From positions 320,001-384,000 of the forward strand of contig CBDBOV010000006.1 of the NCBI GenBank assembly GCA_965208575.1: DNA of 64,000 nucleotides, read 5' to 3'. Numbering within the stretch: the first letter of the stretch is position 1; every line of letters begins with the position of its first letter. Positions 1-13,388 of the stretch are shown piece by piece. The notes beneath the pieces were generated by a model that had not been told where the DNA came from, did not search any database, and saw only the letters and a program-made list of their open reading frames with translations. The stretch is from Spirochaetia bacterium (GTDB taxonomy: Bacteria > Spirochaetota > Spirochaetia > SZUA-6 > Bin103). The position numbers and the translations under genes were made by a program.

Positions 1-633
1 CGCGACGCCGACGGGTTCCGCACCAGGCCCGACGGCGAGGCGTTCCTGCAGATCCTCGAGCACAACAACGAGGCCAACGTGCCGGTTCTGGAGCTGTACA
101 AGGAGCACTTCGAGGAGGTCGGCCTGAAGACCGAGGTGCGGTTCCGTGGCGACCTGTGGGATCGCCACAATGCCGGCACCGACAACATCCATACCGGCAC
201 CATCAGTTCGGCCGAGTTCCGGGAATACACCGACGCGGCCAAGGCCACCGAGTACGACTCCCGCTTCTACGCCGTCAAGTGGGGCATCTGGATTCGCGCC
301 ATGCGCGACCTGGAGAGCGGTGCCAAGACCCTGGACGACTTCGCTGACGGCAAGGTGCCTGGCGAGGAACCGCCCGACCTGGTCAAGGAGCTGGACGAGG
401 CGGTGCTCGCCTGGGGCAGCAGCGACTACGGGTCGCCGGAGTACGTCGAAGCGTTCCAGAGGGTGTTCGACCTGCACGCCGAGCAGCTGTTCCTGATCGG
501 TTCGGTAGGCATCACGCCCAACCTCGGCATCTACAAGAACCGAGTCGCCAACTACCCGACCTTCTACAAGCCGGAGGCGGTGTGGCCGGGCGACCTGCTT
601 ACCTCCGCCGACAAGCTGTTCATCCGTCAGTAG
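1..633 (+). CDS. ABC transporter substrate-binding protein (peptide/nickel family 5), C-terminal part; 5'-truncated by the window edge
   Basis: Frame 1 is open from base 1 (RDADGFRTRPDG...). It has a family-5-like C-terminus and lies directly upstream of two DppB/DppC-type permeases. Confidence 0.8.
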   Translation, partial: RDADGFRTRPDGEAFLQILEHNNEANVPVLELYKEHFEEVGLKTEVRFRGDLWDRHNAGTDNIHTGTISSAEFREYTDAAKATEYDSRFYAVKWGIWIRAMRDLESGAKTLDDFADGKVPGEEPPDLVKELDEAVLAWGSSDYGSPEYVEAFQRVFDLHAEQLFLIGSVGITPNLGIYKNRVANYPTFYKPEAVWPGDLLTSADKLFIRQ

Positions 634-684
634 GCAGGAGCCCCGCGTCGCCCGGCGCCGGCACGTAACGCAGCCCACGGCGCC

Positions 685-1683
685 ATGCTGAGCTACATCG
701 CCAGGAGGATCCTGTACATGGTGATCCTCCTGGCGGCGCTCTCCTTCTTCAGCTTCGTGCTGATCGAATTGCCGCCCGGCAACTTCGTCGACAACCTGAT
801 TCAGCAACTGCGCAACCTCGGCGTGCAGGTCGACCTGGAGGAGATCAGGAGCCTGGAGGAACGCTACGGGCTCAACCTGCCGTTTCTCGGCCGGTACGGC
901 CTGTGGATGAGCAACCTGCTGCGCGGTGACATGGGCGACTCGCTGGCCTACAACCAGCCGGTAACGCAACTGATCGGCCAGCGGCTGTTGCTCACGGTGC
1001 TGATCACGATGCTCACGCTGGTGCTCACCTACGCGATCGCGATCCCGATCGGCATCTACTCCGCCACCCATCAATACTCGTTTACCGACTATGCCTTCAC
1101 CGTGTTCGGCTTCATCGGCCTGGCGACGCCCAACTTCCTGCTCGCACTGATCCTGATGTTCGTGTTCTTCAAGTACTTCGGCTGGAGCGTCGGCGGCCTG
1201 TTCTCGCCGGAGTTCGAGTTCCAGCCGTGGAACATCGCCAAGGTTGTCGACTTCCTCAAGCACCTGCCGATTCCGCTGGTGGTGATCGGTACCGCCGGCA
1301 CCGCCGGCCTGATCCGGGTGATGCGCGCGGCGCTGCTCGACGAACTGCGCAAGCAGTACGTGCTGACCGGCCGCGCCAAGGGGCTGGAAGAAGGTCGGCT
1401 GCTGTTCAAGTACCCGTTGCGCATCGCCATCAACCCGATGGTCAGCACCATCGGCGGGGTGCTGCCCACCCTCGTGTCGGGCGAAGCGCTGACCGCCATC
1501 GTCGTGGGGCTGCCCACGGTCGGGCCGCTGCTGCTGGAGGCGTTGCAAGCGGAGGACATGTACCTGGCCGGCAGCCTGATAATGGTGGTCAGCGCGCTCG
1601 GCGTGATCGGGGTCCTGATCTCCGACCTGCTGCTGGTGGTGGTCGACCCGCGCATCCGGTTCGAGCGCGAGGCGGTGGCATGA
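685..1683 (+). CDS. ABC transporter permease (DppB/OppB type)
   Basis: MLSYIARR start, 'LPPG', 'GDMGDSL', EAA-like loop 'YVLTGRAKGLEE' and C-terminal 'DPRIR'. Confidence 0.92.
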   Translation: MLSYIARRILYMVILLAALSFFSFVLIELPPGNFVDNLIQQLRNLGVQVDLEEIRSLEERYGLNLPFLGRYGLWMSNLLRGDMGDSLAYNQPVTQLIGQRLLLTVLITMLTLVLTYAIAIPIGIYSATHQYSFTDYAFTVFGFIGLATPNFLLALILMFVFFKYFGWSVGGLFSPEFEFQPWNIAKVVDFLKHLPIPLVVIGTAGTAGLIRVMRAALLDELRKQYVLTGRAKGLEEGRLLFKYPLRIAINPMVSTIGGVLPTLVSGEALTAIVVGLPTVGPLLLEALQAEDMYLAGSLIMVVSALGVIGVLISDLLLVVVDPRIRFEREAVA

Positions 1684-2828
1684 GTTCCCAGTCCACGCGT
1701 TTCCGTGCCGCGCGGCAACGCGACCGACGCGCGCGCGACCAGGAGCGCTACTGGGCCGCCTCGAGCTGGACGTTGATGCGGCGCAGGTTCTTCCGCCACA
1801 AGCTCGCGATGATCGGCGGCAGCGTGCTGCTGTTGTTCTACGTGGTCGGCTCGCTGTTCGCCGGCTTCTTCGCCACCCACGACACGCTGACCCGGTTCCC
1901 GGACTTCGCACTGGCCTCCCCGCAACGCATCCGGCTGTTGCACGACGGCCGGCTGCAGCGCCCGTTCGTCTACGGGCTGGAGACCTCGCGCGACCCGGAG
2001 ACCTACCGCAAGACCTACGTGGAGGATGGCCGCACCACCTATCCGATCCGCTTCCTGGTGCGCGGCGACCCGTACCGGCTGCTCGGGCTGTTTCGGGCCG
2101 ACCTGCGTTTCGTCGGCGTGGAGGCCCCCGGCACGCTGTTCCTGTTCGGCACCGACCGGCTCGGCCGCGACATGTTCTCGCGCACCTTGGCCGGGGCGCG
2201 CGTGTCACTGACCATCGGCCTGCTGGGGGTGGCGATCAGCTTCGTGATCGGCTGCCTGCTCGGCGGCCTGTCCGGCTACTTCGGCGGCCCGCTCGACACG
2301 CTGATCCAGCGGTTGATCGAGTTTCTCAGCGCGCTGCCCACGCTGCCGGTGTGGATGGCGCTGGCCACGGCGGTGCCCGCCGAGTGGGACCCGATCGCCA
2401 CCTACTTCATGATCACCATCATCCTGTCGATCGTCGGCTGGACCGGCCTGGCGCGCGTGGTGCGCGGCAAGCTGCTGCAACTGCGCGTGGAAGACTACGT
2501 GCTGGCCGCCAGGATCGCCGGCGCCACCGAGATGAACACCATCGTGCGCCACCTGCTGCCCGGTTTCATGAGCTTCCTGATCGTGCACCTCACCCTGGCC
2601 ATACCGGGCATGATCCTCGGCGAGACCGCGCTCAGCTTCCTCGGCATCGGCCTGCGCGCTCCGGTGGTGAGCTGGGGCGTGCTGCTGCAGCAGGCGCAGA
2701 ACATCCGCAGCGTGTCGCTGACCCCGTGGCTGCTGATCCCGGCGCTGTTCGTGATCGTGACCGTGCTGTGCTTCAACTTCGTCGGCGACGGCCTGCGCGA
2801 CGCCGGCGACCCCACCGCCGACCGCTGA
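1680..2828 (+). CDS. ABC transporter permease (DppC/OppC type)
   Basis: ATGA overlap with the upstream stop. Motifs 'FGTDRLGRDMFSR', 'EDYVLAARIAGA', 'ETALSFLGIG' and 'GDGLRDA'. Confidence 0.92.
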   Translation: MSSQSTRFRAARQRDRRARDQERYWAASSWTLMRRRFFRHKLAMIGGSVLLLFYVVGSLFAGFFATHDTLTRFPDFALASPQRIRLLHDGRLQRPFVYGLETSRDPETYRKTYVEDGRTTYPIRFLVRGDPYRLLGLFRADLRFVGVEAPGTLFLFGTDRLGRDMFSRTLAGARVSLTIGLLGVAISFVIGCLLGGLSGYFGGPLDTLIQRLIEFLSALPTLPVWMALATAVPAEWDPIATYFMITIILSIVGWTGLARVVRGKLLQLRVEDYVLAARIAGATEMNTIVRHLLPGFMSFLIVHLTLAIPGMILGETALSFLGIGLRAPVVSWGVLLQQAQNIRSVSLTPWLLIPALFVIVTVLCFNFVGDGLRDAGDPTADR

Positions 2829-2839
2829 CCCGCCGCCTA

Positions 2840-3985
2840 TTATCGGCGGCGGAGGTTGTCGCGGTTCAGGTAGTCGGGCAGCCCGTCGCCGTCACTGTCG
2901 CCGGTGGTGGCGTCGCGGTTCAGGTAGTCGGGCAAGCCGTCGCCGTCGCCGTCGGTGTCGATGCGCCGGTAGTTGCGCTCGCCCTCGGCTCGCGGCTGAT
3001 CGGCTCGGGTGTCCGAGCCGGCGGGCTCGCCGAGCAGGCCGTGAAAGCGGCGCAGGACCATGCCGCGCACGATCTCGCCGTGGTCGGTGATCATCTCGGC
3101 GAGCGAGAACTTCGGCTTCACCGAGGTGATGCGGGCGACGCCGGCGGTGGTCTCCAGGCGGCCCAGGTCCTCGCCGGTGTCGGGATCCACAACCGCCGCG
3201 CCGAGCGCGAACACCTCGAACAGGTCGTCCTCGCGCACCGTGTTGCCGCCGCGGTTCACCACGAAGCTGCCCCAGCCGGTCACCTGCGCCACCTTCGCCG
3301 GGAAGATGCTGTCCGCCACCTCGTCCGCGACGTGCAGCGCGAGCCGGTCGAGCAGCATCTCGGCCGCCTGCTCGGTGCGCAGATCCTCGTCCACGGCGTA
3401 CTGCAGCTCCAGTGACGACGCCCACCCGATCTCGCGCGTCGCCACGGTGAGCAGCGAGTAGCGCAGCCGCGCCGTGGCCGTGACCTCGACTCTGGTCTCG
3501 CCGGTCAGGACGATCGTCTTGCGCTCCTCGGTCACCTCGATGCGGTCCACCGTGCCGTACAGCAGGTAGTCGGCGCCGAGCACCTTGCCGAGGCGCGCCG
3601 CCTCGTTCGGATCGACATCGTCCGAAGCGAGCAGGTTCTTCTCCTGCTCGTAGATCTCTCCGGCGCGCCGATCGAGCACCGCGAAGCGCCGCCCGTGGAT
3701 CAGCAGCTCCTCGATGCGGGCGCGAAACCGCTCCTGCAGGTTGCGGATCAGGTCGTAGTCCACGTCCACGCCGCGCTTCACCACGCGCCCGCCGCTTCTC
3801 TGCTCCCTGCCGCCGCCGGTACCGTACAGGTGCACCTCGTCGAGCGCGAAGTCGAGCACCGCCAGCCGGGTCCGCTCGCCCGCCGCGCCCGTGTCCTGGG
3901 CATGCACGAGACCCGCCACCACGGACCAACACAACGCAACCGCGGCGATGCGCAGCGCGCGGCTCACTTTTTGCGTCCGCATCAC
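2840..3985 (-). CDS. Secreted CsgG/HfaB (TolB_N-like) domain protein with a FlgT-C-like beta domain and two C-terminal Ca-binding TSP3-like repeats
   Basis: Signal peptide ending VHA. CsgG-like motifs 'LAVLDF', 'FAVLDR' and 'LGKVLGADYLLYGTV'. 'VVNRG...DPDTGEDLG' segment. Two DGDGLPDYLN repeats. Confidence 0.7.
   Translation of the reverse strand: MMRTQKVSRALRIAAVALCWSVVAGLVHAQDTGAAGERTRLAVLDFALDEVHLYGTGGGREQRSGGRVVKRGVDVDYDLIRNLQERFRARIEELLIHGRRFAVLDRRAGEIYEQEKNLLASDDVDPNEAARLGKVLGADYLLYGTVDRIEVTEERKTIVLTGETRVEVTATARLRYSLLTVATREIGWASSLELQYAVDEDLRTEQAAEMLLDRLALHVADEVADSIFPAKVAQVTGWGSFVVNRGGNTVREDDLFEVFALGAAVVDPDTGEDLGRLETTAGVARITSVKPKFSLAEMITDHGEIVRGMVLRRFHGLLGEPAGSDTRADQPRAEGERNYRRIDTDGDGDGLPDYLNRDATTGDSDGDGLPDYLNRDNLRRR
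2858..2950 (-). repeat. Two in-frame direct repeats with a 54-bp period, encoding DGDGLPDYLNRD
   Basis: gtcgcggttcaggtagtcgggca..ccgtcgccgtc occurs at about 2858 and about 2912. Confidence 0.85.
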
Positions 3986-3986
3986 G

Positions 3987-4610
3987 TCACTCCCACGAGA
4001 ACCGCTGGTTGTCGCCGATCTTGGCGATCACCTCTTCGAACTCCCAGTAGGCGAGTCCGGTGTCGATGTTGGTGATGGTGAGTTGGAAGTAGTAGTCCAC
4101 CTGCTGCTTGTCGCCCACCCGGTTGGTGCGCCCGATGATCTTGCCGGACAGGCTCAACTCGGGCGCCACCATGGTACCGTCCTTGGCCACCGTCTCCTGG
4201 TCGAACAACTTGGAGTCCTGCAACTCGCGCGTCTTGGCGGCGAGCGGATCCTCCGGCCCTTCGAGCCCCACCGCGGTGGTCACGATCACCCGGCCGCTGT
4301 CGAGCAGGTCGACGCGGATCTTCTTGACGAGCTGATCGGTGTCGATGTTGAGCGCGGTGTCGTTGACCATGCGGCTGATCGCCATCACCCACGGTGCAGT
4401 GCTGCCCGGCTTGCGCGACAGCGGGCTCGACAGGAACGAGTCCACCGCCTGCTCGGCGGTATACTCGAAGTCGCGGTAGTCGAGGCCGAGCACGGTTTCA
4501 CCGCGCGGGTCGGGGCGGTCGGTGCCCGGTCCGGTCAGGTATTGCGGGCCGGTGGCGCAGCCGGCCAATACGGCGGCGGCGACGGCGAGCGCGAACAGAT
4601 GGATCTTCAT
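3987..4610 (-). CDS. LpoB-like lipoprotein (penicillin-binding protein activator family)
   Basis: Lipobox LAG-C after MKIHLFAL. Motifs 'GLDYRDF', 'NDTALNIDT' and 'YYFQLTITNIDTGLAYW..E..I.K'. Confidence 0.75.
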   Translation of the reverse strand: MKIHLFALAVAAAVLAGCATGPQYLTGPGTDRPDPRGETVLGLDYRDFEYTAEQAVDSFLSSPLSRKPGSTAPWVMAISRMVNDTALNIDTDQLVKKIRVDLLDSGRVIVTTAVGLEGPEDPLAAKTRELQDSKLFDQETVAKDGTMVAPELSLSGKIIGRTNRVGDKQQVDYYFQLTITNIDTGLAYWEFEEVIAKIGDNQRFSWE

Positions 4611-4615
4611 GACAT

Positions 4616-6049
4616 TCAACCTCCCGGCAGGGCAAAGGTGTTCAGAGCCGGCGGCGCCCCCGGACGCGTGGTCGTTACCGTTACGATGACGAATCGCCCC
4701 GGCGGCAGGCTCACCTCGCCGATGGCGGACGCATTCGCCGCTCCTACCCGTAATATACCATCGGCAGGCTGCGGCAGACTCGCAATTCCGACGGTGTGCG
4801 GCAGCGCGCGCCACATGCGCGTATCGGCCTGCGTGACGATGGTGGCCGCCGCCGGCACCACGACCTGCGCCAGCGCACCGAAGATGCCGCCGCTGTCGGA
4901 GCCCTTCTGCAGCTCCGCCTGTACCAGCACCCGGATCACGGCCGCCACCACCGCCTTGAACACCACCCCGTCATAGCCGGCGCGGAACTCGGTCGCCACG
5001 TAGCGGTCCAGGTGCAGCAGCGGCTCGGTTTCGGTGGTGCGCCCGTTGGCACGGATGGTCAGGCTGCCATACGCGGGCGTACCCGCATACAGGGTGGGCA
5101 GCGCCGTCCCCACGGCGATCAGGCCGTGCTCGGTGGGCACGAAAATATCGAACCGGAACTCCTCCAGGCGCGGCCCAAGACCATCCTCGTGGATCACCCA
5201 CACCCGGTCGCTCTCCGCCCGGCCGCCCTGCGCGATGCGCTCCGCCGCCGCGAAGTCGGCGAGCGCGTGGCGGTTGCGGCGCCCGTCCACCGCCACCGCG
5301 TCGCGCAGCAGGTTGGAGGCGCGGTTGGCCTCGCCGGTGGCGAGCCGAAACACTCCGTGCAGCCAGTCCGTGAACGGGTTGCGCAGGCCCCGGTACTCGC
5401 CGAGCGACTCCACCGCGGCCAGCCGCCTGGCGACCGGACCGTCGGGATCCATCACCTCGGCGTAGGCCTCGTCCACCTCCTCCTCGTGCTGCCGGCGCCC
5501 GTCGTCGTCCTCGTCGGCGGTCAGTGCGCTCACCTTGACCCCGAGCTGATCGACCGCGTTGTCCTGGCGTTGCGCGGCACGATTGAACTCCACCCGCGCC
5601 CGGTCCGCGTCGCCGTCCGCAAGCGCGCCGAGCGCCTTGTAAGTGTTGACCAGCACCCCCTCGTAGATGGTGCCGTGGTAGGACAGCGCCAGGTCGCTGG
5701 CGATGAGGCTCAGCCCGACGCCGAGCACGTCCTCCACGGAGGCTACCTCGTCCGCCTTCCACAGCAACTGTCCCTCGGCGCGGTCGAACGCCACCTGCGC
5801 GTCGGCGTGGCGCTGCTCGTTGCGCAACGCACTCCCTGCGTGCAGCGAGATGAGCAGGTTGTCCGCCTGGTATTCGAGCCCGGTCGGGCCACCGAGCAGA
5901 ATGCTCGCTTGTGCGAACTCGCCGGCGCCGTAGTGCTCCATGAATTCGGCCGTCTGGACTACGTCGGAGACGCCGACGCACCCGCTCAGCATCGCCAGCG
6001 CCGCCAGCACCGCCAAGCCGGCGGCCGCGACCGTTCGTTGCGCTCTCAT
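4616..6049 (-). CDS. COG3014-family lipoprotein (TPR-like, uncharacterised)
   Basis: Lipobox LSG-C. Motifs 'Y.G..YE..LVN.YKAL', 'ARVEFNRA' and 'ADTRMWRALP'. Adjacent to the LpoB-like gene. Confidence 0.75.
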   Translation of the reverse strand: MRAQRTVAAAGLAVLAALAMLSGCVGVSDVVQTAEFMEHYGAGEFAQASILLGGPTGLEYQADNLLISLHAGSALRNEQRHADAQVAFDRAEGQLLWKADEVASVEDVLGVGLSLIASDLALSYHGTIYEGVLVNTYKALGALADGDADRARVEFNRAAQRQDNAVDQLGVKVSALTADEDDDGRRQHEEEVDEAYAEVMDPDGPVARRLAAVESLGEYRGLRNPFTDWLHGVFRLATGEANRASNLLRDAVAVDGRRNRHALADFAAAERIAQGGRAESDRVWVIHEDGLGPRLEEFRFDIFVPTEHGLIAVGTALPTLYAGTPAYGSLTIRANGRTTETEPLLHLDRYVATEFRAGYDGVVFKAVVAAVIRVLVQAELQKGSDSGGIFGALAQVVVPAAATIVTQADTRMWRALPHTVGIASLPQPADGILRVGAANASAIGEVSLPPGRFVIVTVTTTRPGAPPALNTFALPGG

Positions 6050-6103
6050 GTTCTTCGATTCGGTTCCTCGGTGTGCCCATTAATGTATGCGATTCGAGGC
6101 CTG

Positions 6104-6229
6104 TCAGCCACGCTCATCGAGCGCCGCCGCCAGGTTCGCCACTCCCCGTGCGAACACCGCGGGCGCCACGATCAGCAACGGCGCCACGCTCGGCCAGGCG
6201 GCGTCGAACAGGTAGCCGGGATGCACCAG
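6104..6229 (-). pseudogene. C-terminal remnant of a PLP-dependent class I/II aminotransferase
   Basis: About 41 codons, LVHPGYLFD...APAVFARGVANLAAALDERG*, resembling an aminotransferase C-terminus. It has no start of its own and DUF1015 lies immediately upstream. Confidence 0.45.
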
Positions 6230-6257
6230 CGGCGAACGGTGCCGCGGCCATGCCGTC

Positions 6258-7664
6258 CTACGCGCCCGCGGCGCGCTCCGCCATCGGGTAGAACAGCAGG
6301 CCGGACAGCGGCTTCGGGGAGAAGAAGGTGGACTTGCGCGGCAACCGCTCGCCGCCGTCGGCGACCGCCAGCACGTCATCGAGCGGCGTCGGGTTCGTCA
6401 ACAGCGCCACGTCGGCGCGGCCGCCGTCCACCGCCGCCAGCGCATCCGCGGCGCTGTTGGTATAGCTCACCCGCTCGCTGCCGTCGAGTTCCGCCTCGGT
6501 AACCGCGAAGATGCGCCGCAGCACCAGTTCATTGAGCACGTTCACGCCCAGCCTCCGCCAGCGCGGTGAGGCCGCGGCGCCGCCCGAGCCTGCCGCCGCC
6601 CCGTCCCGCAGGGTGGCCGCCAGGAACGCGCCGCTGCCGCGCAGGTATACCCCCAGCCTGCGCTCGCCCGGGCGCGCCGCCGCCAGGTCGTGCAACCAGC
6701 TCCCCTCTGCCGCCCGCCGCCCCGCCTCCGCGTGACGGTACCGGCGCACCGTGAAGTGCTCCTCCAGGCTCCGCTCCAACGCCTGCGGGCCGGCGATGGC
6801 GGCGCCGTGCAGCAGGCGGTGGATCGGCAGTATGGTCAGCTCCTGGTGCTCGCTGTTGACCAGGAACATCAGGATGAACTCCCACGGCGCACCTGGTCCG
6901 GCGTCCGGGTGGCGGCGGCGCATCTCGTCGCGGTAGCGCAGCATGGTCTGGTAGCGGTGGTGGCCGTCAGCGATATAGATCGGCCCCCGGCCGAGCGTGT
7001 CCGACGTCGCGGTCATCGCCGACGGGTCGCTGAGCCGCCACAGGCGGTGCCGGACATTCGCCGAGTGGTCCTGAGAGTCGTCGCCCTGCGGATGCTCATC
7101 CCGCGGCCGTTCGGCGTGGTCGATCATCGGGGGCGCCGCCTTGGCCTGCTCCAGCAGCCGCTCCACTGCCCCGATCCGCTCGCGGTAGACCGACCAGATG
7201 TACTCCATCTGCACGTTGCAGGCGCGCGTCAGCCTCAACCGGTCCTCGACCACACCGCCTATCACCTGCTCGTGCGGCAGGATCGCGCCGGCGGCATAGT
7301 CGTGCAGCCGCACGCGGCCGATCACCCCGGTAACGCGACGGACGCCCGCCTCCGGCACCGCGAAGCTTTGCTCGTACACCCAGAACGCCGGCTGTACGGC
7401 GGCGCGCAGCACGCCGCGCGCCAGCCAGCGGTCGAGCGTCGCGGCCGCACGCGTGTAGCGGTTGTCGGCGTCCGTATCGCCGGCATGCTGCCTGCCGAGC
7501 GTCAGCCGCACCACGTTGTAAGGGTGACGGTCGTGGTACGCATCCTGCATCGCCGGCGTGATCACGTCGTACGGTTGCGCCAGGCAATCTCCGATCTGCT
7601 CGACCCGGCTCACGTCGTAGTGCAGCGCGCGCAGCGGCAGCACCTCGTTGACGGTGGTGGCCAT
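6258..7664 (-). CDS. DUF1015 family protein
   Basis: Motifs 'QPYDVI', 'ILPHE', 'IYIADGHHRY' and 'LPRKSTFFSPKPLSGL'. Confidence 0.88.
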   Translation of the reverse strand: MATTVNEVLPLRALHYDVSRVEQIGDCLAQPYDVITPAMQDAYHDRHPYNVVRLTLGRQHAGDTDADNRYTRAAATLDRWLARGVLRAAVQPAFWVYEQSFAVPEAGVRRVTGVIGRVRLHDYAAGAILPHEQVIGGVVEDRLRLTRACNVQMEYIWSVYRERIGAVERLLEQAKAAPPMIDHAERPRDEHPQGDDSQDHSANVRHRLWRLSDPSAMTATSDTLGRGPIYIADGHHRYQTMLRYRDEMRRRHPDAGPGAPWEFILMFLVNSEHQELTILPIHRLLHGAAIAGPQALERSLEEHFTVRRYRHAEAGRRAAEGSWLHDLAAARPGERRLGVYLRGSGAFLAATLRDGAAAGSGGAAASPRWRRLGVNVLNELVLRRIFAVTEAELDGSERVSYTNSAADALAAVDGGRADVALLTNPTPLDDVLAVADGGERLPRKSTFFSPKPLSGLLFYPMAERAAGA

Positions 7665-7780
7665 GCCGCATCGTGCCGTGGACCGCGCCGCACCGGCAAG
7701 CCGCCTGCACTGCTCGATACCGCCCGATACCGGCGGCTGCCCATCACGCCCACAATGCGCTACCCTGGCGGCCACGTCGC

Positions 7781-8518
7781 ATGGACCGCCATACGGAACC
7801 ACTGCTCGCGGCGGCGCGCGAGTTGCACCGCGACCTGGCCGTGCTGCGGTTCGCCGCGCCGGTACACACCGTGTACGAGCCGCTCGACTACGCCTGGTGC
7901 GGATTCCGCGCCTACGTCGAGACCCATGCGCCGCGCCGCGCCCGCGTCCTGTTCCTGGGCATGAACCCGGGCCCGTTCGGCATGGCCCAGACCGGGGTGC
8001 CGTTCGGCGAGGTGCGGGCGGCGCGCGACTGGCTCGGCATCGACTGCGCGGTGCGCGCTCCGGCCGGCGAACACCCCAAGCGCCCCATCGAGGGCTTCGC
8101 GTGCCCGCGCAGCGAAATCAGCGGCGCCCGCCTGTGGGGACTGTTCCGGGACCGCTTCGGCACGCCGGCGGCGTTCTTCCACGACCATTTCGTGGTCAAC
8201 TACTGTCCGCTGATGTTCGTCGAAGCATCCGGCCGCAACCGCACGCCGGACAAGCTGCCGGCTGCCGAACGCACGCCCGTCCTGACGCTCTGCGACCGCC
8301 ACCTGCTGGCCGTGGTCGAGCACCTGTGCCCGCGCTGGCTGATCGGGGTCGGCGCATTCGCGATGCGCGCCGCACAGCGCGCGGTGCGTCCGCTGCCGCA
8401 CCATGAGCGCCCCCGCACCGCTCAGATTCTGCACCCCTCGCCGGCCAACCCGGCGGCCAACCGCGGCTGGGCGCAGGCGGCTGCCGCCGCACTGCTGGAC
8501 GCTGGCGTCTGGGATTGA
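7781..8518 (+). CDS. SMUG1-type (family 3) uracil-DNA glycosylase
   Basis: Motifs 'GMNPGPFGMAQTGVPFG', 'RSEISGARLW', 'NYCPL' and 'HPSPANP'. Confidence 0.92.
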   Translation: MDRHTEPLLAAARELHRDLAVLRFAAPVHTVYEPLDYAWCGFRAYVETHAPRRARVLFLGMNPGPFGMAQTGVPFGEVRAARDWLGIDCAVRAPAGEHPKRPIEGFACPRSEISGARLWGLFRDRFGTPAAFFHDHFVVNYCPLMFVEASGRNRTPDKLPAAERTPVLTLCDRHLLAVVEHLCPRWLIGVGAFAMRAAQRAVRPLPHHERPRTAQILHPSPANPAANRGWAQAAAAALLDAGVWD

Positions 8519-8543
8519 CCATATTGCCGTATTCCACTAAGGT
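8515..8543 (+). promoter_or_regulatory. Putative sigma70 promoter for gltBD
   Basis: TTGACC-17 nt-TAAGGT, about 160 nt upstream of the gltB start. Confidence 0.45.
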
Positions 8544-8704
8544 ACGCGCTCGGCGGCGCAGCTTGTTCGGCTCGCGCGTTTGCCGTGCAATACGCGCAGC
8601 GCTTGCCGGAAGCCACGTAAAGCGTCGTTCCCGTCGCTCGCGGTCTTAGTATATTTGCTTACCCGTTTGGAGGTTTTCCGTACCGCCCGGCCGGAGCGCT
8701 GAAA

Positions 8705-13366
<4,662 letters not shown>

Positions 13367-13388
13367 CCGCTCTCAGCACGGACAGATC

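Noticed and set aside
1-2828. ABC transporter apparently lacking ATPase genes
   Set aside because: The operon is cut by the window edge, so the ATPases may lie upstream or elsewhere in the genome.
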